NCBI GenBank assembly: GCA_044341105.1
Contig: JBIISI010000003.1
Location: 1 to 50,918, forward strand
Source: Rickettsiales bacterium
Lineage (GTDB): Bacteria > Pseudomonadota > Alphaproteobacteria > Rickettsiales > UBA3002
Direction: 5' to 3'
DNA length: 50,918 nucleotides
Part shown: piece by piece, positions 18,440 through 27,501 of the stretch
Layout of the letters: each line of letters opens with the position of its first letter
How positions within the stretch are numbered: position 1 is the stretch's first letter
Translations under genes and position numbers: made by a program
The notes under the pieces: model-generated
Database searches by the model: none
What the model saw: only the letters and a program-made list of their open reading frames with translations
Told to the model about the DNA's origin: nothing

Positions 18440-20188
18440 ATGGGAGTCAGCATGGTGCAGAGCACCGAGATTGTAGCTAATGCCACAGCAGGAACGCTGC
18501 ACCAACTCATCCTCGATGAGTATGAGCGCGGCATCGATGAGGGTGATGCAGCGTTTGTTGCCCTTACGGTTGAGCTGCATAACGCTGGAGCTATTGACCT
18601 TCTAGCGGCGCTGAGCCCCACTGCATTGGCAGACGCGCAGGGGTTCCAGTTTTTTACCCTTCAACAATTCTATTGCGCGGCTATTCCGAAAATCGAGGCT
18701 GAGCCGAAGCCTTTAATGACTGTGGTTTCAACCCTAGTGAAAGCGGCTGGAAATGACATGGCTTCTTACATGCCCAACGCTGCGTACCGGGATTGGTGCT
18801 CACTAAAACCAGAGCGTCCTGACCTCGTTATGAATTTAATCACCGCTGGAGACGCAGAAGCGATGGAATACCTGTCCCTGACATTAGAGGGTGGCGCTGT
18901 TTTCGATAAACGTAGATTCATGGAACAGGCCATCACTTACTTGCGAGATGCGCCAGAGTTACGCCAAGCCGCATTAACCGCGCTCGCCCGAATCGATAGT
19001 AGCGGCAATGTTGATCTTGCTCATACAGCATTAGCACTGATGGCGGAACACGTCACTGAGCAAGCTGACGATATGCTGCGCACCCATGTCTTAGCGGCGA
19101 CTCTTGGCCTATATTCGCGATCACCCGCAGAGATGCATGATGAAGCCTTGGCCCTAATTACACAGACCATCCAGCATCGCGGCGACGGTGTTCTACACCA
19201 CTGCGCGTCTGCATTGTTTGAGCGTAAAAATTTAACTGATGCGATGGTGGAATTACTCATAACAACACTAGAAGACGTGAATCCTGCTCACCTCGGCACG
19301 ATTAATTCGCTCGATGTTGCGCTGTCAGAACTTATAAAAGCGGGCAAGGGTGCGCGTGTTATTGGTTACTTAGAGAAAGTTTTTCGTGCCCACCCTGATG
19401 CGCTCAGCTTCAAGCAATTCGATAGTGTGGGTCACACGTTAACGCGGGAACAACAACCGCTCGCCACCGATACAACCGTGCGGTGGCTGATGAGTGGCGA
19501 TGCAAACCTTGCCTCCCATATCTCTGACCTTATGAGTGCGTCAACGCAGCAACCTACGATATTCACTGTTGATATCGCGCCCTACGCTTTCAGTGATGTT
19601 GAGGCCATTTTCCTTGCCCGTAAAGCCATTGGCTGGTTCTTCTTCCACCCTATCACCGCAGCATCACTCATTGTCTGCGTATTGCGCACTGTAAACGGCG
19701 ATACAGCTGAAACCATTGGCGATCTTCTTTTTGATCCGCTGCTGCTTAGTTATTCGGGAGAACTACGGAACTACCTGCAAGAGCGAACTAACGATCCAAG
19801 TGAAACTGCTGCGCCTCAAATCCAGCAAGCCATTGATAAGTTGGATGCATATCTAAACAATCTGCGTGCTGCCGGATTTATTGCCGAACTCGAACCTTCC
19901 GAACGTGAACGATTGATCGAACGGCAGAAGAATACTGAGCGCATGCGTCAAATTCAAAAACAGGCAGAGCAAAGCTCGGTGTTACTGTCACTCGTATCCA
20001 AGTCCATCATTCTCCATGGCAATGGCTCTATTGGGTATCGCTACGATATGGATGGAAAGCCCCACCGCCATAGCATGAAAATGGGTACTTATAGCTCCGT
20101 GTGGGAAGCGCCACGCTTAGAGGCTATCGACCCGTTCGGGCTTGATATGCAATTACGCGTTTTCCGCGCTGAGAGGCTCGTCGCATGA
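18440..20188 (+). CDS. Large alpha-helical (HEAT/ARM-like) hypothetical protein
   Basis: 582 aa Leu/Ala-rich amphipathic helices; ATGA overlap with the next gene. Confidence 0.8.
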   Translation: MGVSMVQSTEIVANATAGTLHQLILDEYERGIDEGDAAFVALTVELHNAGAIDLLAALSPTALADAQGFQFFTLQQFYCAAIPKIEAEPKPLMTVVSTLVKAAGNDMASYMPNAAYRDWCSLKPERPDLVMNLITAGDAEAMEYLSLTLEGGAVFDKRRFMEQAITYLRDAPELRQAALTALARIDSSGNVDLAHTALALMAEHVTEQADDMLRTHVLAATLGLYSRSPAEMHDEALALITQTIQHRGDGVLHHCASALFERKNLTDAMVELLITTLEDVNPAHLGTINSLDVALSELIKAGKGARVIGYLEKVFRAHPDALSFKQFDSVGHTLTREQQPLATDTTVRWLMSGDANLASHISDLMSASTQQPTIFTVDIAPYAFSDVEAIFLARKAIGWFFFHPITAASLIVCVLRTVNGDTAETIGDLLFDPLLLSYSGELRNYLQERTNDPSETAAPQIQQAIDKLDAYLNNLRAAGFIAELEPSERERLIERQKNTERMRQIQKQAEQSSVLLSLVSKSIILHGNGSIGYRYDMDGKPHRHSMKMGTYSSVWEAPRLEAIDPFGLDMQLRVFRAERLVA

Positions 20189-21939
20189 AGCTGGTCATCA
20201 GGGAATATATAGCAGCCCTTAAAGAGCGGGATGAGCTTGATGCCATGCTCCCCAATCTCCTTACTGAGATGGGTTTCACGGTTTATTCGCGCCCTAGCCG
20301 GGGCACCCGCCAATATGGTGTTGATATTGCCGCAGTAGGTCAAACTGCCGATGGGGAGCGCAAAGTGTATTTGTTCTCGGTAAAGCAAGGTGACCTGAAT
20401 CGCCAAGACTGGGACGGCACACCTCAGGCCCTGCGCTCATCGTTGAATGAAATCCGCGATGTTTACATCCCAACGCATATTCCCGCCGAGTATCGGAATC
20501 TTAAGGTTGTTATTTGTTTGGTGTTTGGCGGTGATATCAAAGAGCCGGTTCAACTGGAAGTACGTGGATACATCAACACCAATACTACAGCCAACGTCGC
20601 ATATGAAGAGTGGAATGGCGACCGCCTTGCAGATTTAGTTCTAAGCGGCATTTTGCGCGAAGAAATGTTCACTGGTCCAATGCGTGCGCATCTTCGTAAA
20701 GCCGCCGCAATGGTGGAAGAACCTGATATTGCATACACACATTTCCGCAGTTTGGTTGACGCTATCATCAAGCGCCCTACAAAAAAGAAGGGCGAGGATA
20801 TCTCCAAAGTGCGCGAAATAAACATGTGCCTTTGGGTGCTTTTTACTTGGGCGCGTGAAGCGAATAATGTTGAAGCACCCTACCGCGCAGGCGAATACGC
20901 AATCTTACGTGCGTGGGAATTGCTGAAGAATTTAATCGACGGCAATGGCCGTACAGCTACGGATGCAGGGATTGCCTTCAATGAACTTGTGCAACTTCAT
21001 TTCACTATATGGGATACGCTAGCTGAAAAGATTTTGCCGCATGTAGATAAACGCCACGCCATCTCAGCGGCTGTTGGCGCATTCTCCAGCTTGGATATCA
21101 ACCTAAAAACACATGACATTTTAGGGCGCATTGCCATGCGGGGCTTGTGGCATGCGTGGGCCAAAGGCCAAAGCAACCTGCCAGAACCGCTAGAAGGTTC
21201 TGAGGGCGATTTAAGCACCATTACGATGCAGTTATATCAGCTGATTAACAATAACCCCGCATTGCATGCACCGATTTGTGATGAGCAGGCTATCGACATC
21301 GCTCTGGCATTAATGCTGCTTGGGGTGCATGGCGGGCTCTCCAGCACCATCACTTCATGGTTGGATGCGCTCGTGGACCGGGCCCATTTCAACTACCGTA
21401 GGCATGGCAAATACCCAACGTGCAAGACTTCGTACTGGGATTTGGTCGAGCATCCGGCAGAAAAGACCGATGAGTACCGCAAAGAGGTAACCGGGGGCAG
21501 CATTCTCTATCCGATGCTCGCGTTGTGGGCAGGTGCCTATGGCGGAAACGAAGCACTCAGCGATCTGGCAGAGTTCAAAAAAGAGCAGTTAGCACATTGT
21601 AATTTCCAACTATGGTTCCCCGATAATGACAGTGAGGCAGGGTTGTATCTTGGAAGCGACCGGCATGGGGATATGTTATCCGATATTCCCGCAGATGCCG
21701 CAGGCACCAAAACACGGGAATATATAGAAGCAGAATGCACCCTGAATACTCATTTCGGGCAATTATCGGCGATTCGACTCGGGCATTGGCCTATCGTATT
21801 AATGGCCTGCCGACATTACCGTTTGCCTGTGCCGCCACAAATATGGATGGGGCTCCTACCGGCGCTGCCCGCTGCCACGGACAACCCCGCGACCAACAGC
21901 ACGCCCAACACCCAAGAAAGTGCGACGTTGCAGGACTGA
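20185..21939 (+). CDS. Protein with N-terminal Mrr-like PD-(D/E)xK endonuclease domain and helical C-terminus
   Basis: ELDAMLPNLLTEMGF...RQYGVDIAAVG...YLFSVKQG, EEWNGDRLA. Confidence 0.75.
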   Translation: MKLVIREYIAALKERDELDAMLPNLLTEMGFTVYSRPSRGTRQYGVDIAAVGQTADGERKVYLFSVKQGDLNRQDWDGTPQALRSSLNEIRDVYIPTHIPAEYRNLKVVICLVFGGDIKEPVQLEVRGYINTNTTANVAYEEWNGDRLADLVLSGILREEMFTGPMRAHLRKAAAMVEEPDIAYTHFRSLVDAIIKRPTKKKGEDISKVREINMCLWVLFTWAREANNVEAPYRAGEYAILRAWELLKNLIDGNGRTATDAGIAFNELVQLHFTIWDTLAEKILPHVDKRHAISAAVGAFSSLDINLKTHDILGRIAMRGLWHAWAKGQSNLPEPLEGSEGDLSTITMQLYQLINNNPALHAPICDEQAIDIALALMLLGVHGGLSSTITSWLDALVDRAHFNYRRHGKYPTCKTSYWDLVEHPAEKTDEYRKEVTGGSILYPMLALWAGAYGGNEALSDLAEFKKEQLAHCNFQLWFPDNDSEAGLYLGSDRHGDMLSDIPADAAGTKTREYIEAECTLNTHFGQLSAIRLGHWPIVLMACRHYRLPVPPQIWMGLLPALPAATDNPATNSTPNTQESATLQD

Positions 21940-21973
21940 AGGCTGTTCTACAACTCGGAAACATCCCTTTTTC

Positions 21974-22002
21974 TTTACTTTTTTAACGGACTTCAGTAGC
22001 TT
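21974..22002 (+). promoter_or_regulatory. Sigma70-like promoter
   Basis: TTTACT-N17-TAGCTT just upstream of the hairpin at 22009. Confidence 0.45.
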
Positions 22003-22008
22003 GATATC

Positions 22009-22158
22009 AGGTGCTGAACACACCTTAGATTTAGCGTTTTGCCGACACGACAGTCGGGACTCCTACCGTATGGTCGGGAGCCCTTCTGCCATACAACAGC
22101 CTTCGGGTGAAAGCAGTCGGGCACGACTAAATCCGTGTGTTCAAACTCCCGATCACCA
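22009..22158 (+). ncRNA. C4/CI-like antisense RNA / Ash-type leader
   Basis: Hairpin AGGTG-CTGAACA-CACCT; 22015-22036 is complementary to 22124-22143; ggtcgggag pairs with ctcccgatc; peptide MVGSPSAIQQPSGE from 22070. Confidence 0.5.
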
Positions 22159-22210
22159 TCCCATACTAGCGAGGGATGCTGGTCCGTTTAACGACGAAAC
22201 CGGGGATGCT

Positions 22211-22672
22211 ATGAACCAACGAATCTTGTTACCGCTTCTAAGTGCAACGCTTCTCGCAGCATGCGCAACAGAACCACCGTTTGAGGGTACACCCACCGTT
22301 CACATCTGGGCCACTCCAACACAAGTAGCCAGTCACTTAGCACAACACTGCATCCAAGGCAGAGGGCGTATCGTTGCGCAGAGCAATTACCACTTTGTGT
22401 GTGCTGTACCCATGGATGGGTCGATGAACAGCCTCGTCTTACGGGCACTGGTAACAGAGCACTATTCGTCCAACCCAGAAATTAATGTCCAATCGAGTTG
22501 GGCAGCGCAAGGTAACGGTGTTCGAGTATCCTCCATTTCGTGGATGGAGCACCAAAATGCATTCGGCAAAACGACCAAGAACTACCTAGATCAACCTGCG
22601 AGCAAACGGAGCCTGCAAGCTGGCCTTGAAAAGATGAAGGCCACTATAGAAGCGCAGAACGCAGCGCGATAG
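22211..22672 (+). CDS. Lipoprotein, unknown function
   Basis: MNQRILLPLLSATLLAAC lipobox; GGGGA RBS. Confidence 0.75.
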   Translation: MNQRILLPLLSATLLAACATEPPFEGTPTVHIWATPTQVASHLAQHCIQGRGRIVAQSNYHFVCAVPMDGSMNSLVLRALVTEHYSSNPEINVQSSWAAQGNGVRVSSISWMEHQNAFGKTTKNYLDQPASKRSLQAGLEKMKATIEAQNAAR

Positions 22673-22684
22673 GCAGGAGGCAAT

Positions 22685-23062
22685 ATGGCTCGAATAAAAA
22701 TACGCGCTGGCGACTTTATCACAATATCTCCCAGCCATTCATACGGTGGCAGAAATTTTCACTTAGCGACTGAGGCACGAGAATGGAAGCTCAAGAACAC
22801 CGAGACCATCCCTGTGACCGAGTTAGAATATGTGGAACTGGCGAGTGAAGAGAATGTGAAGAAGCTGGGCGGCACCATCGGCTGGGGTGCTGCTGGAGCA
22901 GCCCTGCTAGGGCCAGCAGGCTTACTCGCAGGTTTATTGCTCGGTGGTAAAAAGAAAGAAGTGACATTCATCGCAAAATTCAGGGATGGCCGTAAATTCA
23001 TAGGAACAACAGACCCGAAAACATGGGCAGACATTCAAGGCGGCGCGCTGCATTTGCTCTAA
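22685..23062 (+). CDS. Small protein with glycine-zipper membrane segment
   Basis: GGTIGWGAAGAALLGPAGLLAGLLLGG; AGGAGG RBS. Confidence 0.75.
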   Translation: MARIKIRAGDFITISPSHSYGGRNFHLATEAREWKLKNTETIPVTELEYVELASEENVKKLGGTIGWGAAGAALLGPAGLLAGLLLGGKKKEVTFIAKFRDGRKFIGTTDPKTWADIQGGALHLL

Positions 23063-23071
23063 GTATTAGCG

Positions 23072-23338
23072 TTATTTCGCTTCGTGGGCTTTCTTTTCTT
23101 GCCGCACGCGCCGATCATTCTCGCGTATTACGCGCAGCGTACGATTCTGCTCGGCGCGCTGGATATCATGGCGGCGCTGCCGCGTTTCAATTCGCTGTTG
23201 AAGATAGTCGGGCTCATTTTCGATGTGAACCGTAACAGACTGTGCCCCGCCCCAGTTCTCGTCGCCCCATGCATACGCTTGCCCTGCCATGAGGAGCATG
23301 CCGATTACGCAGTAAACAATATTACGCATGTGCTGCAC
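23072..23338 (-). CDS. Small exported hypothetical protein
   Basis: MRNIVYCVIGMLLMAGQAYA signal peptide; overlaps integrase stop. Confidence 0.55.
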   Translation of the reverse strand: MQHMRNIVYCVIGMLLMAGQAYAWGDENWGGAQSVTVHIENEPDYLQQRIETRQRRHDIQRAEQNRTLRVIRENDRRVRQEKKAHEAK

Positions 23339-24530
23339 CTTTCACTGCTTGTTCAACGTAATCGCCCCACCACTGCATCATCTCACGGCGTTCTGGGAGG
23401 TACTCCGCGTGGTTATAGGCGCTGCGGACTTGATCGCGTTCGGCGTGGGCTAGTTGGCGTTCGATGACATCGGGGCGGTGGTTATGTTCATTCAGGATGG
23501 TGGATGCAGTGGCGCGGAAGCCGTGGGCGGTGGCTTTGCCTTTATAGCCCATGATGTCGAGGGCTTTAAGGAAGGTGTTTTCGCTCATCATCTTGCGCGG
23601 GTTTTGCTGGCTGGGGAAGATGTAGCCAGAATAGCTATCGGCGGTGAGTTCATGCAGTTGTTTGAGGACGGCGATGCTTTGCGTGGAGAGCGGGACGATA
23701 TGCTGCTCTTTCATCTTCATGCGCTCGGCAGGAATGCGCCACTGGGCCTTATCCCAGTCGATCTCGGACCAATGCGCGCCGCGAATCTCGCCACTACGCA
23801 CGAAGGTCAGCACGAGAAACTCGAAGGCAAGCCGGGTGAGCGTGGTGCCGTTATAGTCTTGCTCGTAGCGGCTCAGCTTTTTCAGGAAGCCCGGAAGGTC
23901 TTTCTCGCGTAGGTGAGCGTAGTTCTCACTAATGACGGGTGCAAGCGCACCGCGCAAGTCTTGGCAGATGTCGCGTTCGGCACGGCCAGTGGCGATGGCG
24001 TAGCGGAATACCTGCGAGCAAACCTGCATGATGCGATGCGCGACATCGTGCGCGCCGCGCTTTTCAACTTTACGGACCGCAGCTAGCAACTCCGGCGCAG
24101 TAATGGCTTTAATGGGTCGCCCACCGAGCAGCGGGAAGATATTTGCCTCTAGCCGCTTGAGGATGGTCGCCGCATGCTTAACCTTCCATGTATGGTAACG
24201 CTGCTCGTGCCATTCGCGGGCGATACTCTCGAAACTATTCTCGTAATGTGTGAGGCGCTCGATCTTCTCCAACCGCTTTACTTCTACAGGATTGTGCCCC
24301 TCGGCTAACTGTTTTTTAGCAAGGCGGGCCTTCTCGCGGGCTTCTTGCAAAGACACATTCGGGTAAGTACCGAAGGAAATACGCTTCTCATCGCCGTTGA
24401 AATAGTATTTCAGCCGCCAGTATTTGCCGCCGCGCGCGGTGACTTCAAGGTATAGCCCATGGCCATCCGATAGTTTTCGCGTGATGGTGGTACAGGTGGC
24501 GTTCTTACACGCCGTGTTGGTCAGCTTCAT
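23322..24530 (-). CDS. P4-type tyrosine integrase with arm-DNA-binding domain
   Basis: LSDGHGLYL..GKYWRLKY, GTYPNVSLQEAR; catalytic R (VRSGE), HGFR, QLAH, YNHAEY. Confidence 0.97.
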   Translation of the reverse strand: MKLTNTACKNATCTTITRKLSDGHGLYLEVTARGGKYWRLKYYFNGDEKRISFGTYPNVSLQEAREKARLAKKQLAEGHNPVEVKRLEKIERLTHYENSFESIAREWHEQRYHTWKVKHAATILKRLEANIFPLLGGRPIKAITAPELLAAVRKVEKRGAHDVAHRIMQVCSQVFRYAIATGRAERDICQDLRGALAPVISENYAHLREKDLPGFLKKLSRYEQDYNGTTLTRLAFEFLVLTFVRSGEIRGAHWSEIDWDKAQWRIPAERMKMKEQHIVPLSTQSIAVLKQLHELTADSYSGYIFPSQQNPRKMMSENTFLKALDIMGYKGKATAHGFRATASTILNEHNHRPDVIERQLAHAERDQVRSAYNHAEYLPERREMMQWWGDYVEQAVKGAAHA

Positions 24531-24556
24531 TGGGGGTAACTTCCCGGTTCAAAATG

Positions 24557-24575
24557 ATGCCCCTAAATGTGCCCC
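24557..24575 (+). repeat. Integrase arm-type site (right)
   Basis: atgcccctaaatgtgcccc, matches 5969-5987; inverted tgggggtaa at 24531. Confidence 0.7.
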
Positions 24576-24685
24576 CTTTTGGTTTGGATGCCATTGGAGC
24601 CACTCAGAGTCTATCAGAGAAATATACCAGAAAATCAGCCGTTTTTGAAGGATTATTGTAGAAAACGGGAGTCCCTCAGAAGGGA

Positions 24686-24705
24686 AAATGGTGACCTCTA
24701 CGGGA
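24686..24705. repeat. att site overlapping tRNA-Glu 3' end
   Basis: Repeat of 5890-5908. Confidence 0.9.
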
Positions 24706-24763
24706 ATCGAACCCGTGTTACCTCCGTGAAAGGGAGGTGTCCTAACCGCTAGACGAAGAGGCC
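24689..24763 (-). tRNA. tRNA-Glu (TTC)
   Basis: GGCCTCTTCGTCTAGCGGTTAGGACACCTCCCTTTCACGGAGGTAACACGGGTTCGATTCCCGTAGAGGTCACCA: cloverleaf, T-loop, CCA. Confidence 0.97.
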
Positions 24764-24831
24764 ATCGGCGGGCGTTGCCCGAAAACAGGGGGCCTTAACA
24801 CCATAGCCGGACGCGAAGGTCAAGCGCTTTG

Positions 24832-26586
24832 TTACATCACCCGCGCCGCGTCCTCGATGATGAATTGCGGGCTTTCCTGCCCCTGCCAGCGATTCAACGT
24901 CAATTCGCCCGCCAGATGCAGGCTGGGCGCGGTGGCAAGCCACGCGCCCAATTGGCTATCGCCCACGTTAAACGCCACGGCATTCAGCCGGGCATTCCCT
25001 GCCTCATCGCATAGCACAAGTCGCAAATGCTTTTCTTTCATGACTTTGCGATGGACGATGCGTGCCGCGCGGATGCCAAAACGCGGGCTGGGGTTGCCAA
25101 GGCCGTAGGGCGCGGCGCGGGCCAGATCCTCGATCAGCCCGGCCTGCGCGGATTGGCAGCTGATCCAGCCATCGAGCTTGCGCACGCGCGATTCGGCATA
25201 GGCGGTGACGGCGAGGCCGAGGCGCTCGCACAGGAAGGTGTGGAAGGCGCTGAGCTGCGCGGCATCGAGGCTAAACCCCGCCGCCATGGCGTGGCCACCG
25301 CCCTGGGTGAGCAGGCCGGTGGTGACGCCCGCATGGACCGCTGCGCCCATATCGGCACCGGGCACGGAGCGCGCCGAGCCTTTGCCCACCCCGCCCTCGA
25401 GCGCGATAACGGCGGCGGGCCGCGCGAATTTCTCTTTCAACCGCCCGGCGACGATGCCGATGACCCCCGGGTGCCAGCCCTCGCCCGCCACGACGATGGC
25501 GGAGGCGTTGGCCTGCGTGGCAGCCTGCGCCAGCGCGGCTTCCAGCACCCCAACCTCGATCGCCTGCCGCTCGGCATTGTGCTGGTGCAGGCGGGCGGCG
25601 AGCACGGCGATTTCCGCATCGTCGGCGCTGGTGAGCAGGCGCACGCCGAGATTCGATTCGCCCACGCGGCCACCGGCATTGATGCGCGGGCCATAGATGA
25701 AGCCAAGATGGTAGGCGCTGGGCAGCTCGTGCAGGTTCGCCACGTCGGCCAGCGCGGCAAGGCCACGCTGCTGGCGGGTGGCCAGCTGCTTCAGCCCCTG
25801 CGCCACAAACGCGCGGTTGAGACCGGTGAGCGGCATCACGTCGCAGACGGTGCCGAGCGCAACGAGGTCGAGCAGGGCGAGCAGGCTTGGCGCGGGCCGC
25901 GCAGCGCGGAAGAAGCCGCGATCATGCAGCACGCGGTTGAGCGCAACGAGCGCAAGGAAGGTGACGCCGACCGCCGCGAGGTTGGTGTAGGGCGAGGTTT
26001 CATCGACACGATTGGGGTTGACGATGGCGAAGGCATCCGGCAGGTCGCCGTCGCTTAAATGGTGGTCGAGCACGATCACATCGACCCCCTTCGCGCGGGC
26101 GTGCTGGATGGGCGCATGCGCCAGCGTGCCGCAATCGACCGTAACGATGAGCGTGGCACCCTGCGCGATGAGTTGGTCGAACGCGGCAGTGCTGGGGCCA
26201 TAACCTTCCTTCATGCGGTCGGGAATGTAGGGAATGAACCGCACGCCCAGCGGCGCTAGGTAGTGCCACAACAGCGCGGTCGAGGTCGCACCGTCGACAT
26301 CGTAATCGCCGAAGACGGCGATGGTTTCGCCAGCTTGCACCGCATCGGCCAGCCGGGCGCTGGCGGCGGCCATACCCTGCAAATGCAGCGGGTCGGGCAG
26401 TTGCTCGCGCAACGTGGGCATAAGGAATTGCGGCACCGCATCGAGCGCCACGCCGCGCCCGGCCAGCACTTCAGCCAGCGCCTCGGGAATGCCGTGCTGC
26501 TGCGCCATGGCGAGCGCCAGCCGCGCATCGGCGGCGCGTGGCACCCAGCCAAGGCCCGAAGCAGTGGAGGACGGAGGAATCTGCAT
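24832..26586 (-). CDS. recJ: ssDNA-specific exonuclease RecJ
   Basis: GDYDVDG, TVDCG, DHH, GTVCDV, GPRINAGGR, GGHAMAAG. Confidence 0.97.
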   Translation of the reverse strand: MQIPPSSTASGLGWVPRAADARLALAMAQQHGIPEALAEVLAGRGVALDAVPQFLMPTLREQLPDPLHLQGMAAASARLADAVQAGETIAVFGDYDVDGATSTALLWHYLAPLGVRFIPYIPDRMKEGYGPSTAAFDQLIAQGATLIVTVDCGTLAHAPIQHARAKGVDVIVLDHHLSDGDLPDAFAIVNPNRVDETSPYTNLAAVGVTFLALVALNRVLHDRGFFRAARPAPSLLALLDLVALGTVCDVMPLTGLNRAFVAQGLKQLATRQQRGLAALADVANLHELPSAYHLGFIYGPRINAGGRVGESNLGVRLLTSADDAEIAVLAARLHQHNAERQAIEVGVLEAALAQAATQANASAIVVAGEGWHPGVIGIVAGRLKEKFARPAAVIALEGGVGKGSARSVPGADMGAAVHAGVTTGLLTQGGGHAMAAGFSLDAAQLSAFHTFLCERLGLAVTAYAESRVRKLDGWISCQSAQAGLIEDLARAAPYGLGNPSPRFGIRAARIVHRKVMKEKHLRLVLCDEAGNARLNAVAFNVGDSQLGAWLATAPSLHLAGELTLNRWQGQESPQFIIEDAARVM

Positions 26587-26692
26587 GCCGCAACCTTAGG
26601 CGAAAAGGGCCATTTCGGCTACGCCCATTTACTTTTGCTGGGAAGCATTCCTAAAATGCTGTATAATAGCACAAAAGCATTGAGGAGTCGTC

Positions 26693-27499
26693 ATGCGGCG
26701 TGCGGCGTTCAGCCTGATCGAATTGAGTATTGTGCTGGTAATTCTGGGGCTGCTGGCCGGGGGCATCCTTGCCGGGCAATCGCTGATTCGCGCGGCGGAG
26801 TTGCGGGCCATTACCGCCGACATGACGCGCTACGCCACCGCGTTGCAAACCTTCCGCGACAAATATTTCGCCCTGCCCGGTGATTTCCGCGATGCCACGC
26901 GCTTCTGGGGTTTCAGCGGCACGGGCACCTCGCCCGGCTGTGTCACCAATAGCAGCGCCCCCTCCGCTAGCCCCGGCACGTGCGACGGCAACGGCGATGG
27001 GTTCATCACGGTCGCCAGCGCGGCTAATGCCACGGGTGAGCTTTTCCAGGCATGGAAACAACTGGCACTCGCCGGGCTGGTTGAAGGCACCTACACGGGC
27101 AATTCCGGCAATTTAAGCGGCAACCATTTCCTGCCGGGCCGAAACTCGCCCACGGCCCGCATCAGCCCCAGCGTGACGTGGATGCTTTCTTACCATAACA
27201 ACACCACCTCCCCCAGCGGCCACATGCTGAACCTCAATTACACCAACTGGATTGGCGTGGGCGATGTGGCCAGCAATGGCGGCAACGATGGCAGCTGGGG
27301 CGATGATGGATTCCTGAAAAACGAAGAGGCCTGGAACATCGATATGAAGTTCGATGATGGCAATGCGCGGCAGGGAAAAATGCACGCCATGGGTTTCGAT
27401 ACCGGCTGCACGACCAGTACCAGCGGCACTGATCGCACCACCACCTATAACCTGAGCGACACCCGCGCGAATGCGTGTTCGCTGCTGGCGAGTTTCTAG
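26693..27499 (+). CDS. Type IV pilin-like / pseudopilin protein
   Basis: Prepilin motif AFSLIELSIVLVILGLLAGGIL; YFALPGD, CDGNGDG, IDMKFDDG. Confidence 0.88.
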   Translation: MRRAAFSLIELSIVLVILGLLAGGILAGQSLIRAAELRAITADMTRYATALQTFRDKYFALPGDFRDATRFWGFSGTGTSPGCVTNSSAPSASPGTCDGNGDGFITVASAANATGELFQAWKQLALAGLVEGTYTGNSGNLSGNHFLPGRNSPTARISPSVTWMLSYHNNTTSPSGHMLNLNYTNWIGVGDVASNGGNDGSWGDDGFLKNEEAWNIDMKFDDGNARQGKMHAMGFDTGCTTSTSGTDRTTTYNLSDTRANACSLLASF

Positions 27500-27501
27500 C
27501 G

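Larger units (their letters stand above)
5890..24705. mobile_element. ~18.8 kb integrative, phage-satellite-like element in tRNA-Glu
   Basis: att direct repeats, tyrosine integrase next to the tRNA, AlpA + primase-helicase, lower GC than the downstream backbone (by eye). Confidence 0.9.

Noticed and set aside
21920-22210. Structured region as a retron msr/msd or a riboswitch; 250 aa ORF from 21920
   Set aside because: No reverse transcriptase in the window and no riboswitch consensus recognised; the lipobox places the gene start at 22211
5890-24705. Intact prophage or ICE
   Set aside because: No capsid, portal, tail, lysis, relaxase or T4SS genes recognised
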